Of a stretch of 64,000 nt of DNA, positions 15,668 to 28,999 are shown in pieces (the stretch's first letter is position 1; the number at the start of each line of letters is the position of its first letter). Made by a program: the position numbers and the translations under genes. Under the pieces are notes generated by a model. That model searched no databases, was not told the DNA's origin, and saw nothing but the letters and a program-made list of their open reading frames with translations. This DNA comes from the human T2T-CHM13v2.0 reference genome, Homo sapiens, in NCBI RefSeq assembly GCF_009914755.1, contig NC_060925.1; one strand, 5' to 3'.

Positions 15668-16042
15668 CTTTCTTTTTTCTTTTCTTTTCTTTTCTTTTCC
15701 TTTTCTTTTCTTTTCTTTTCTTTTCCTTTTCTTTTCTTTTCTTTTTTCTTTTCTTTTCCTTTCCTTTCTTTTCTTTTCTTTTTTCTTTCTCCTCTCCCTC
15801 CCCTCCCCTCCCCTTCCCTTTCTTTTTCTCTCACTCTGTTGTCCAGGCTAAAGTGCAGTAGTATTATCACGGCTCACTGCAACCTCCGCCTCCCAGGCTC
15901 AAGCATTTCTCCCACCTCAACCTCCCAAATAGCTGAGACTACAGGGGGGTGTCACCGTGCCCAGCGAATATTTTCTCTCTCTCTCTTTTTTATTTTTTTT
16001 GTATTTTAGAAGAGACAGGTTTTTGCTATGTTGCCAAGGCTT
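15668..16042 (-). mobile_element. AluJ with its tail expanded into a ~160-bp (TTTTC)n/(TCCCC)n polypyrimidine tract
   Basis: Pure pyrimidine tract 15668-15831 followed by reverse Alu sequence. Confidence 0.85.
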
Positions 16043-16346
16043 GCTGTCTACTCTTCTTATCACTGAAGGTAGAACTAAGTGGCAGCAACCCTAACCCCTA
16101 CCCCAGCCTAATCACGATATTGCCACAGGCCACTTCTGACTACAAAGTAGCTACACTTTACATGAGAGATGCATTCCTAAAGACTTTGCAAAATTCTGAT
16201 TAATTTATCATAGGAATAAATGTAAAATCTTACATTATCTTGAATACTACAAATAGTGAGACCTTATGAATTTTTAGATTGCATTTTTTTCAAATTTACA
16301 TAATTCAGAACTCCATTAAATATGGCTTATTGTATGTTCCCTCTGA

Positions 16347-16672
16347 TTTTTTTTTTTTTTTTTTTTTTGAGATGGAGTCTTGCTCTGTCGCCCAGGCTGG
16401 AGTGCAATGGTGTGATCTTGGCTCACGGCAACCCCTGCATCCCAGGTTCAAGTGATTCTCCTGCCTCAGCCTCCTGAGTAGCTGGGACTACAGGAGCACA
16501 CCACCATGCCCAGCTAATTTTGTTGTTTGTTTGTTTTTGTTTTTGTATTTTTAGTAGAGATGTGGTTTTGCCATGTTGGCCAGGTTGATCTCAAACTCCG
16601 GACCCTGGGTGATCCACCTGCCTTGGCCTCCCAAAGTTCTGAGATTACAGGTGTAAGCCACCACGCCTGGCC
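16347..16672 (-). mobile_element. AluS
   Basis: Reverse Alu with poly-T. Confidence 0.93.
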
Positions 16673-16908
16673 TGAATTTTTTTTTTTTTTAACCTTCAAA
16701 GAGAAGGAATGGTGATTGGAGAGAGAGATGATGACCCAGGGTCAAAGTTGGTAGAGAAAGACCATGGGTTTGAAGGACTCTACAGGGAAAACATGGAGAG
16801 CCAGGTGAACCAGGCCTCTTTTCTGACCCCGTAGAGAGGACCCAGCAACTCAATACTGTCTTCCTTTGTTGATCATTCCACATAGAATTTTAGATGGTTG
16901 GCCAATTA

Positions 16909-17358
<450 letters not shown>

Positions 17359-18538
17359 TCAAAATGGCTGACAGGAATTTTCTGAGGAAGCTATGGTCTG
17401 AAACCAAACGAGGAATTAGGTCAGCTTCAAGTCTGAGACTTTGTGTTTACAGCCATAGCTAAAAACTAACAGATGTGTCTTCCAAACCGACAAAATCAAG
17501 AAATTGTCATGAAGATCAAAAATGGCTTCCAAAATCTTACCCTCCGTGTCCTCCCCACCAGCCCCTTTGGACTGCAAGAGCTTGTGGCTATAACTCTATT
17601 CACAGCCCATTTCTGGTTTCCAAGTAGCTCCCTTTCCAACAAGAGATTACAAAGCTTTGAAAATTAGAGGCACCCCACCACTCCCACCCCAAAGAGCTAT
17701 TGCGCGACGAGATGCTCCGTTGAAATGGAAGGAGTTTGCTTTATAGCAGCCTCCCTCATGGAATTATAGATGGGAACATTTAACAATACAGCATTTGCAA
17801 TGGGCAGGTGAGAGCTGGCTAAGTTTTTAAAGGGGATTTCACAGGCCAGGTCAGCAGGGAGATGGATGGGTGAGCGATGGTGGATACAATTATTTGACTT
17901 TCTGAGCTGTTCTTTTGAAGCCTCTATGTTTAATAGAAAGAAAAAGGATAATCCTCTTTGCCAACCTTTTGTAGCTCAATCTTTATTGTTCCCAATGAAA
18001 CCCAAAGAAAACGGACAAGATTCATTTTGTCCAGAAAGCATTTGTGTATTTTATGTAGGTCTGGGCTTTGAAGTGTTGATAGTTAAGTGGGAGAAAAGAC
18101 AAAGATTTCTCTCGACTCTGTGGAAATCAAAGGAGGAATTTCTGAAGCTCTCTTGGCTGACTCAAAAGTCCTGGGTGGTATCCTCCATATATGCTTCCTT
18201 TGCTACTAAACTCAGCATGGAAATTAGCACAGGCCCCACACAATGATGAAAATTAGATGAGACCATAAAGAAGTGAGCCTGAAGACAAATTTAGACTTTT
18301 TTGCAAAAATTGAGAACATGGTTTCCGGGACCAGGGACACTTTCTTGTGCTTATGGGCTCTCAATCATTTAACCTTCATCTTCAAAACACTGGCCTGGCC
18401 AGTGGGCTGGTTGAGCCAACCATCTACAGGACTGTTGGTTTGATTTGGGGCACATGAGAGGTGCTTGGTAAATATTTACTCAATTGGTAAGTCAAGTGGC
18501 CTGTCAGATGGTTTAAATAATCAGATATTAAAAATCAT

Positions 18539-18827
18539 GGCTGGGCGCAGTGGCTCATGCCTATAATCCCAGCACTTTGGGAGGCCGAGGCAGGTGGATC
18601 ACTTGAGGTCGGGAGTTTGAGACCAGCCTGACCAACATGGAGAAACCCTGTCTCTACTAAAAATACAAAATTAGCCGGGTGTGTTGGCACATGCCTGTAA
18701 TCCCAGCTACACAGGAGGCTGAGGCAGGAGAATCACTTGAACCCAGGATGGGGGTTGTGGTGAGCCGAGATCGCGCCATTGCACTCCAGCCTAGTCAACA
18801 AGAGCGAAGCGAAACTCTGTCTCAAAA

Positions 18828-18858
<31 letters not shown>
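18539..18858 (+). mobile_element. AluS
   Basis: Full Alu with A/GAAAA tail. Confidence 0.93.
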
Positions 18859-19617
18859 TCATTATCCATCTGGTTATCTTGATGGGCAAAGTAGGTCATT
18901 GGGAACCACCTTATTGGATTGTTTGCCAACCTATTCCGAGGGTGAAAAAAAAAGAAGATTAAATGCGTGTTTGCCTATTTTAGCCAAAATACATAGGATG
19001 GACACTGTGGGAAGAACTGGTGAGAATTTGGGGAGCTGTTGACATTTTCCGCTGACAGATAAATGTTCCTGAAACTATCTGGGTGCCGAGTCTCTTCTCT
19101 GGGAACGCCTCACTCTAGGGAACTATTTCTGTTGGGTTTTTGACCCTGAATTCTGAGAACAACAATTTTCCACCTGCTTGTGTCACTTTAACGCTGGTAA
19201 CAATGTCAACAGTGGGTCTGGGAGATCCCCATACATCTGGGCTTAGAATTAAGGGGTGAACAGGGTTTCCGCAGGTGGGGGATGGAGTGGCGTCTGCATT
19301 CTAAGTCGGGAGAATTGAGAGGAAGGAAGCTACAAAAAAGGAAAGACCCCAGGCTTACTTGGAAGATGAGAGACCTCTGACGGGAGTCAGGCCAGACCAA
19401 CCTGAAAAGTCTATGCAGCTATGAAGAAGCCACTCACACCTCTCCATGATCCGACAGAGGTTTTCTTGTCTCCCTTCTCCACAGAATCCCTGGAACATGA
19501 TCTGTGACATCTCTGACTTTCTGCTCACCTACTCAGAACCCAGACTGCCAGCCCTGAGTTGAAGTAATGTTTGCCCTTCCTTCTATGGAGCTGTCCTGCT
19601 GCCACCAAACTCCTCCT

Positions 19618-19890
19618 AAACACACACACCATACATACAAAATCACTCACTGCTGCACATAAAAACACATCCCTGCAGATGCAGGCACACATCCATCAGC
19701 ATACAGGTGAGCATACAGTGCACCACACACACCAACACATGCACACCTGCACATGCATGTCAGGACACACCTACAAACACACAGCACCACATGCGCCAGC
19801 ATATGCCCACAGGGGGCACAGACACCTGCAACCACCAGAGCCTATGGGTAAATACATGCTGGCGTGCACATTGCCAACACCCACACTGAC
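19618..19890. repeat. Degenerate CA-rich low-complexity tract
   Basis: Repeated cacac/acacat/gcacac units. Confidence 0.75.
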
Positions 19891-22800
19891 CTGCAACCCC
19901 TGGGGCTTGGGCTCAGGCTTTTCACGTGATGGGTCACCTGGCTCAGCTGCCTTCTCCCTGCAGCAGGCAGCTCAGGCCAGTAAACCCAGGGGAACAGGTT
20001 GCAACCTCTACCCCCTCCCCCAGCCTGTCTTTTCTACTCTTTCCCCTATCATACTTCTCTCCCATCATGCCCAGCCCAGATGATGAAAGGGCAGGTCTAA
20101 CTGAGGGCTGTCATTCACATTCTGTCTTGGAGCCAGTACAATTTTGCATGGTGGGGAATTAGCAAAATACAAGAAGACACAGTAGACTCTAGTATCTACA
20201 GCAGAAGAGGGGGGTAGGGGTTTGTTAATCTTAAATGGTGATGTTGGTTTCCATTCTGAGCCCTCCTCCCCACCTGCCATGGCTTGGCAAAGGCAACAGC
20301 ACCTACAGCCCATCACAGACATCCTGCTGCAGCACTTGAATACTTCCCCTCTTCCCAACCCTCCTCTCAGCCAGCTTTGGGGGTGGCCCACTAAGAGTCT
20401 CAGATATTCACATCTCCAGCTGTTTAATGCTTCATGCATTTGTTCTGAGCACCAGAAAACCATCTTTTGCTTTGCTCCAGTCAACAGCACAAGGATTTGC
20501 ACTACCTGCACCGAGCCTGCAGGTGAACCCCAGGCTAAAATATGACGTAAATAATTGTGAATAGATTATAGACATTTGTCATTCAAAGATAACTCTCCCA
20601 GTCCTGGAGGAGTTAGTGAAAAAACAAATCTCAATTCAGAGTCTGTGCGTGACGGTGTGCTGTTCTTTTAGAGAATCTCATACACATAAAACCTTTCACA
20701 CCATATGGAGATCCACTCTTACCAAGCAGATTAATTACAGGCAATTTATTCAGGGCAAAACCTCTCAAATATGATTTAATTTACATTTTACTTATAACCT
20801 CTGCATACAGTGGGGTGGTGAGCGGTGTGCATACCTGCACACACAGGAGTGGGTTGAACTGCAAATTGAGGCGCATCCCTCTAAGGAAGTTCCAGAATAG
20901 ATGCATTTTCTGAGAGTAAAATGGAAACTATGGATTTATCAGCTTTGGAGAAAATGTAAGTTCTCCATTTAGAACCATCATAATACGTTCTAGAAAAACA
21001 TATAGTTCTATATTAATAACCTAATATTCATACTCAGCAGAAAATGTATATTAAATGAGAATATTCAGCATCAAAATAATTATTTTTTACTGTAAAAATT
21101 GAGAGGAAAAGAGTAAGTGCTTAGTAAGGGGAATACCTTTAGAAGTAGGCTTCAGAATCCAGTCTTTGGGTATATGATGGTGTACGGACCTGGGCGAGCG
21201 GCTGCACACTGTTCAAGGTGCAGACCCTGTACGAGGGCCCCGAGAAACCATGTTTGCGGCCTGGTTCTACTCGTAGGCAAGTCACCAGACCTACGAGCCT
21301 CACTTTCTTCATTTACGAGAAGAGATAGATCCTGCTGCTTTTTCTGCTATTTGCCATAGGATGGTTATGAGGATCCAGTAAACAAAGGCATGGAAACTCA
21401 TTTTGCAACTGTAAAGGGATGGCTGCACTCAGAGAACGGCGGTCTGGACTGGCAAGGGTCCTGCTTGTCTTTGTTCTAATGCTTTCTATTTATTTTTTTC
21501 TCCTTGAGCCTGAAAATTAGTTGCTGAGTAGCACAAATCAAAACAGGCAAGCAAAGTGGACAGTGCAAACGCCTAACATTTTCACCACTGCAATTTGGCT
21601 GCTTCGGGCAGTAATTTGCTTTCTCTTCAAGTCTGTTCTCACCAACCGAAGTCCTTGCACGGCCCCCAATAAATCTGCAGCCGACGCACAAGCAGAAGGG
21701 ATGGACTTTGTCCTTGGATTTTTCACAGCAGAGGCTCCCACTTAGAATGTTAAAAATATTGTGGTAAGGTGAGAGCCCAGATTTAAAAAGTATTTGGAGA
21801 GGCAAGGAAGAAGGAAGTTCAGGCTCTGAATTCTGAGAGCCAATACCTGTGGGGTGGGGTAAGGATCGGGGGCTGAGTCATTAAATGTTCTTTAAAACTT
21901 TGTAATTTCAAGACCACACACAACTCATTTTGTAGCTAAAAGGGATGTTCAATCCTCTCATAATTTATCTCACAGATGCTAAAACTAAAGCCTAGAGAGA
22001 AATTTCTGCCCAAGTATACACTGCAATGTAATGACAGAGGAAGAAAAAAAGCATGTCAGTCCAGTGTTCCCCCATTATTGCATTGGGAAAATGATATTCT
22101 ATTTTGCAGATTGGGAAACTGAGGCACACATGCTAATGGTTCTGGCTTTCCAAGTGCCTTTTGTGTTTAGGCACTTCCGAATCAGATCTCCACTCCACAG
22201 TCCCCTGCGTGAAGAGGCACCATTGCCGCCATCTCACAGAGGAAGAACAGGGCTCTGAGGTCGGGAGGGGAAGGCGGCTCAGGACTTCTGGCTCCAGAGC
22301 CTCCTCTCCTTCCACCATAGTGCCTGCTCCAGAGGAGACACAAAGGCTTGGAGATGGTAACAGAGAGTTAGAGAAACATTTTCTTTCCTTGATGGGATTG
22401 TTTTCAACAGAAGTCTAGAGCATCCTGCAAAATGCTGTTTTACTTTAACCTACTCTTTCAAATGTCATTCCTGGATTTGCCCAAGAAAGTAACAAAAGCT
22501 ACATATGTAAAGATTTTCTTGTAGGATTAGCTAAAATAACAAAAATCAGAAATAGTCCAAATGTACAACAATAAGGAAATAGTGAAGAAAATACGATGCA
22601 TGGATGCTATGGAAGCTTACATAGCAATTAAAAACAATCACAAAGGCTAAACATGAAAACAATGCTTACAATAAAATATTAAGAAAAAAAGCACTTGAAA
22701 CTTTTTAATGATATGTTTTATGTTTTGATTATGATATGACTTATGTTTTTATGTTAACTATAAAAAGTAAAATTTTTTACACTTGTAAAAAATGTTGGAT

Positions 22801-23511
22801 TGGAATATAAAGAAGTGAGAATGCAATATTATTGGGCTGGCTTGGTAGGAATTTTGAAAAAATTTTAATTAAATTTTAACTTCCGTCAGTGATTTTTATA
22901 TCTTTACTAAAATATCTCAAACTAAGAGAACAGAAAAATGTTGGCTACCTGAAATATTTATTTAGTAACCTGGATCAAACCAGACTAATAGTAAGTATCT
23001 TGCTTTTTTTTCTTTCTATATTTTGAGGAAACTGGGTGATTGGATACTGTGGTTTATACTATAATCCAGTCTTTTGCTACCTGATGCCTTTCATTAGTTT
23101 ATTTTTAGTTCATTAGTTAACAATCTCCAACAGTGTTAGCCTTGCTTATTTTCCGCTTTCCTCCGGTGTTAAAGCCTAATCAGAAAAAATGAGCATATTT
23201 CTTTATTTTTAGTTATAATGTTAGTTGAATCATATGAAATTATCCTTTTTGTAGATCTGAAATAAACAAATAGTGGAAATTTCATATGGTCCAACCAGAA
23301 AACTTTAATAATGGCAGGGTTTTATCTTAAACCATCCTTACAACTCATTTCAAATAATTCTAATCACTCAAACTGCCCTGTCCCCTCCACTGGTTTAATT
23401 TCTGGTTTTTGTTTTGTTTTTAAAATAACATTGTTTAATACTACGTTCTCTAGAGGAAAGGTCCAAACAATGCCAATTCAATATACCCACCAAATAAACC
23501 ATTAAAGTTAA

Positions 23512-23871
<360 letters not shown>

Positions 23872-24828
23872 TGATAATTATTGCACATTGACTCTGCTCC
23901 AGGTACCATGCTAAGTGCTGGGTAGAGCTGTGAGCGTGACAGGGGCGTCTTTGTTTTCAGGGAACTTAAAGTTGTTTTTTAGACCGGAAGACATACTATG
24001 TACATGCGCTGACTAAAGCGATCATTTTGTTTTGATTAACAGGTCTAATGACCGGTTTAATTTTTTTTTTTTAACCATATTGAATGTTTGTTCAAAGTGA
24101 CGAACACCATCACTTTAGTGTTAATAAAAATTAGCCTTGGCCGAAGCAGAGCTAAGAAATTTATTTTGAACTATTTCCGGTATTTATTAAATCAATTATC
24201 TGACCTATATAAGGTCCTAAGCCTTAGATAAATAAGGCTTGGGAGAAACGATTCCCAAAGTGCGTGTTTGGACAACTCTAATCTAAGAGAGTTCCCTCAG
24301 GGCAACTGGACCCTTCTAAGTAAAGCACAAGACACAATGCTGGGTAACTTTTGACTGGAAAAGTATATATCCAACAATAATTACATGTATTTTTTTAAAG
24401 AACAAAAGCAAAAATACAAAGAATTTAAAATTAAATACAGCAGTGGTTATTCACCTAAGCCAGAGCTCCCCAGGACCGTTTCTGGGGGATGCTTAGCAGA
24501 AGCAGATGTGATCTCTAGGCTAGTAAGCCTGAGAAACGCTAAAATTGAAAAATGAAATAGCTCATTTGGATGAGCAGAGCTAGGCGATTGGAGGGCGAAA
24601 CAATCTGATGGTGAAAATGCCATTGATGAAAAATTTGTACTGGTATCACTTAAAAGCTTGCCTCACATTCACCTCCCAGCAATTTTAGCAAAGATTTAGT
24701 GTTCAAGAAGTTTGCATTTAGATACTCAGTCGCTGTGCACCCACAATAGCCCTTTGGCTTCAGAATCTAGGTGGCCACCCGGACCAGTGATGACTGGGTG
24801 GATTTTGTTTCTGATTCCTTTCAAAGTA

Positions 24829-24979
24829 ATACTTTGAAAAACTTTTGTCTATGAGCCTTATCTAAGATAGCTAAAATGTCAGTCTCCACAGAGGCAAAGT
24901 AAGTGGCACTGAGAAGTAAAAAAATCCAGCCAATCCCCCTGCCCCCTATTTGTGGAAATGGGGCACAGCCCCCATCTTG
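24829..24979 (+). repeat. Dispersed direct repeat, copy A
   Basis: About 90% identical to 26102-26263. Confidence 0.92.
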
Positions 24980-26101
24980 CATATATTTTTTCAGACATGT
25001 TTTTACTTCGGGAGAATATTCCCCTACAGAGTAAGTATCTTTAAAAAATGAAAATGGTGGATGTAACAGTCATCCTATGACCAGCCAGAGCTTTGCTGCT
25101 TTTTCACTATCGGGCCTACCTCTGCAATCATTGTTATGTTTCTGTGCTGGTATGGGTGTGCCCAGAAATCAGAAGAGGGATGAGTTGGATTGCAACAGAT
25201 GGAGAAAATGCCCACTGCTGCTTTATAACATATTGAAAGCAAATGAAGAATCCCAGCCATGGGTTTCCATCTCCTGTTTTGAGAACAAGAAGACAGTCCG
25301 AGATGTAATAATAGTAATAGTAAATACAATGTTTACTTATTGGCTGTCTACTATGTATTGGACACATTACATTACTTCTCATTGTCACATCTCTGCAAAG
25401 AAGGTATTACAAGTCTTTCTTTAGAGGTGAGAAAACTGAGGCCCAGAGAGGTTAAGTAACTTGCCTAAGGTTGCACAGCTAGGAAGCGGCAGCACTGGGA
25501 CACCACCTGAAATTAGCCTGGCTCTTTCTACCACGTCCAGCCACCTTCCTAAAAGCAGAGCCACTCACAAGCCTGGAAGCTTTGCATTCCCCAAGGCTGC
25601 ATGTCAGAGCTCCATCTCCTCACTGATAAAAGACAAACACCACACTGACCGCTGGGTGCATTCTTGGCTACTGCAGAGTAGGGAGTTAGAGGCACTGAGG
25701 GCTCTGCAGGCACAAGTGTGCCCATGCCACTAGGCACGCCATCTTAGGATCTTCTGGCCTCAAGCCCTGGTGACTGTCTTGGTAGATTCTCTCTCAGGGA
25801 GGCCTCCTCATGTGGACAGACCAGGTCATCATTTGCTTTGATCCTAATAATCTGGGCATTTCCAAAGAAATGCAAATGCAACAGCTTAGTAAAAAGTAGA
25901 CATTTTAAAAGGGATGTATGCAATGGGTCACTTAACTGAGCAAGAAAAGAGAGAAGACCTGACTGAAATTCTATGTGCGGCCTTTCCTCCGGGGAGACTG
26001 TGGAGGTGTCCCCTCAGGCAGCAAAAGCACCATCGCAGCCCTCGGTGTCAAGGCCTCTCTGAGTCGCGCTTTGCCTTACCGTACCTCGTTTCTGGGCTAG
26101 G

Positions 26102-26263
26102 ATATTTTGAAACACTTTTGTCTATTAGCTTTATCTAAAATAGCTAAAATATCAGTCTCCATAGAGGCAAAGTAAGTGGCACTGAGAAGCAAAAAATCCA
26201 GCCAATGTGCAGTTTTCTCCTCCTGCCCCCTATTTGTGGAAATGAGGCACGGCCCCCATCTTG
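26102..26263 (+). repeat. Dispersed direct repeat, copy B
   Basis: Copy of 24829-24979 with a ~12-nt extra segment (gtgcagttttct). Confidence 0.92.
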
Positions 26264-27858
26264 TCTGCTGGGTGGGGTTCTGTTTACCACGCTTGGCAGC
26301 CACCGCCACCCAACAATCTTTCATTTTTCTTTCTAACTTCACTTTGCCCCTACCTTGGTCTCTCCAAGCCGAACACAAATGGACCAGTGAGGAAACTGCA
26401 GGTAAAGACCCTGAAAGGTTATATGAGCTCCCTGGTGTGGTGTCTCAAGCCTGAAGCTCAGAGGCTGGAGCTATTGCCCCTGGCTGTCTCCCCTGAAGTC
26501 ACTAAATTCCAGCGTTCTGGGTCCCCTTGTCCCCAGCACACAAGGATGGGCTGCTCTGAGCAAGCTCAGGCACCCTCACTCTGCCACACTGTGTGTGTGA
26601 CTTAGACCCCACAAGGCTTTTCTGAGAAAACAGCTGTGACCTGACAGAAACCCCTGCAGCTGCACGGGCCTCAGAATCCCCCGAGGCGCTGGCCCGGGCT
26701 GTGCCTGGCTCCCTGGTGGGAGCAGAAGTGCCCATGGCCTCTCCTGCCCTCCCAACAGGGCCCCTAAACAAATTCCCACACCCAGGTGAGTTACCAGGAG
26801 CGATCAGGTGGGCCGAGGACATTTGCTTGCTTCACCTTCCCTGTTTCTTTAGATTGAAATTCAGCCTGCCCCACTTCTCAGGAAGATGCCACGAGGCTGA
26901 TCCCCCTGAGCAGTTTGTCCTGTCCTCTTTTCACTGGTTTTCTTCCTCATTACCTGGGCTAGAAAACATGGTGGAAGCTAAAGGCTTGCAGCAAAGCTGG
27001 GCTCCCACGATCGGGAATGAGGTGAGGAGCAAGCACTCTTGTTGGCTGGGCGCTGCTCGTGGTGGTGACTTAACCAGGCACATCGTCTCATCTGCCCCGT
27101 GTTCTGTCAATGCCGGGCCCTCTGGCTGGGCTAGATGGCCGCCTAAGGGGCAGGCTGGGGTGAGTCACGGAGCCTGGGATGGTGCGTCACCCGGCAGTCC
27201 CAGGCGTGGGTGTGGGGACAGCCATGACAAGGCTGAGCCTAGACACGGACGCTTGGCCATGAGGTGGCGAAGGCGCTGTGGAGGCTGCCACCCGGTGCTT
27301 CCTGCCTGTGCCCCTCTCCTCCTTGGTTACCCCACTTACTCCCGGGCCCATTGGAGTGTTTCAGGCCATGACCTTGACTGACCAACAAAATCTTCTTTGT
27401 TGGCAAAGGAAGAAAGAAAGGGGCTGAGTGACGGAGCCAGCCAGAGGGTGAAAGAAGCTGAAGGGACTAGAACGTCGCAGCACGAAACATGGCCTGGCTG
27501 ACATTTTCCGATCCTGTCCAGCTTCTGTGAAACACTCCCTCTCCGTTTCTCTACCCTGGGCCTGCCTCGGTTGCTCTCTTGCTTCCTTCTTCCTTCCTCT
27601 CTTATCACTCGAAAAATCTGTACCTGGAGGAGCTGTGTATTCTAGCAGCTGGCTCTGAACTGATGCCCAACTCGGCTGTGACGGAGCAGATGCCAGCACC
27701 GGGCCGGACCCCTCACTGCTCACTTGCCCATTGATTTGAGGAGGGCAGGATTTGAAGGAGACCCCAGCCCCTCACCACCCTCCACTACCCACACCCACTG
27801 CCCTACACATACACAAAGAGTTTCTAGAAGTTCCCTGCCGTCGACACGTCGGCCCTAC

Positions 27859-27916
27859 CTGTAATCGGCAACTGTGCCTGCAGGATGGCCGCGGTGAAAA
27901 GCGCCTTCCACTTCAT
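27859..27916 (-). CDS. CD247: CD247 (T-cell receptor zeta chain) coding exon 1, signal peptide MKWKALFTAAILQAQLPIT(E)
   Basis: ATG at 27916-27914 (minus). Peptide matches the CD3 zeta N-terminus. Donor ACAG|GTAGGG after 27859; 58 coding nt, phase 1. Downstream exons lie left of the window. Confidence 0.97.
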
Positions 27917-28460
27917 CTTGTCCTTTCCCTCAGAAAGAGGCTGGGAGGCAGAGGCTGAGGCAGCGGTGGCCGGGACGGTTAGGAGAAAAGGAGTCTCTGC
28001 TGGTTTTATTCTGCAGCTACCTCCCCAGGAAGTGGAGGACTGTGGGGCCTTTGAGAAAGCACCTGCCGACAGGGCCAAGAAATTCGCACTCCCCCTTTCG
28101 GTTCACAGGCAGGAAGCCCTGGAGGTTTGAGGGTTTGGGGTGTGTGTATGTATCTGTCTGTCTGAATTTTGCTTTTTCTCTCATTTGACCATTGTTTTAA
28201 TGCTCCTTTTTTTAAAAAAAATAATTCTTATCTAATTCCTATCTTGATTGGTAAAGTCCATCTCTAGGCAAATACAAGTTCTCGATGGATGTAAGAACAT
28301 TTGCTGTTTTCCTAGACTGTCAAATATTTTATGGTGGCTGGCAAAATGACAGAACCCTGGATTAGAGTCCAGGACAAATGTAGAGACAGATTCCTTGGGC
28401 TTTAGTGACATCTCTGCCTACCACCTACTTGCTGTGTGGCGTTGAGTCAGTCACTCAACA
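27917..28460 (-). promoter_or_regulatory. CD247: CD247 5' UTR and proximal promoter with two ETS (Elf-1-type) sites
   Basis: CAGGAAGT at 28026-28033 and CAGGAAGC at 28110-28117, 84 bp apart; no obvious TATA box. The zeta promoter is known to depend on two Elf-1 sites. CRE-like TGACATCT at 28406-28413 and AP-1 TGAGTCA at 28443-28449. Exact TSS (~27980-28060) not determinable from sequence. Confidence 0.75.
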
Positions 28461-28999
28461 TCTCTAGACTTCAGCTTCCTTATCTATAAAGCAAAGAGCT
28501 GGAGTAGATCTGAGGTTGCAGATCTGAACTTGGCCTGAATTTGGATCATTGTGTGAAATACTGTAGCTCACATAGTATTTTAAACACTTGTGTTAGTTGT
28601 CAACATTTAAACACCAGAGTAATTTACAATAATAAAACATTAAAACCTAGACATAAACTTCGTCTAAAAATTGTAATATATCTATATGAAACAAACTTTA
28701 AAACATTGCTGAAGAACGCCGAAAGGACTTGGGTAAATGGAAAGGCATACCCTTCTTTGATAGGAAGCTCTCTTTTAAGGAGACCACCATTCTCTCTTAA
28801 TTAATCAATCTATTTCATTGAAAATACCAACAAAAAGTTTTAGAACAAGTTAAGCTGATTCCAAAATTGATATGAAAAAAATTAATGTACAAGAATAGCC
28901 AATAATCCAAAGTCACAGCAATCCAACATAAAATTGATAAATTGGACTTCATCACAATTAAAAGTTTTTGTGCATCAAAGGACACTATGAAGAAAGTGA

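Noticed and set aside
19571-20083. 170-aa His/Thr-rich ORF
   Set aside because: Translation of a CA-rich low-complexity tract.
26701-27381. 226-aa plus-strand ORF antisense to CD247 intron 1
   Set aside because: GTG start, no recognisable homology, and composition typical of chance ORFs in GC-rich DNA.
27917-28078. In-frame upstream extension of CD247 in the ORF track
   Set aside because: Non-ATG start lying in the promoter/5' UTR; the known protein begins MKWK.
28441-28459. Palindrome GTTGAGT-cagtc-ACTCAAC
   Set aside because: Short, and within a MIR core that has similar intrinsic symmetry.
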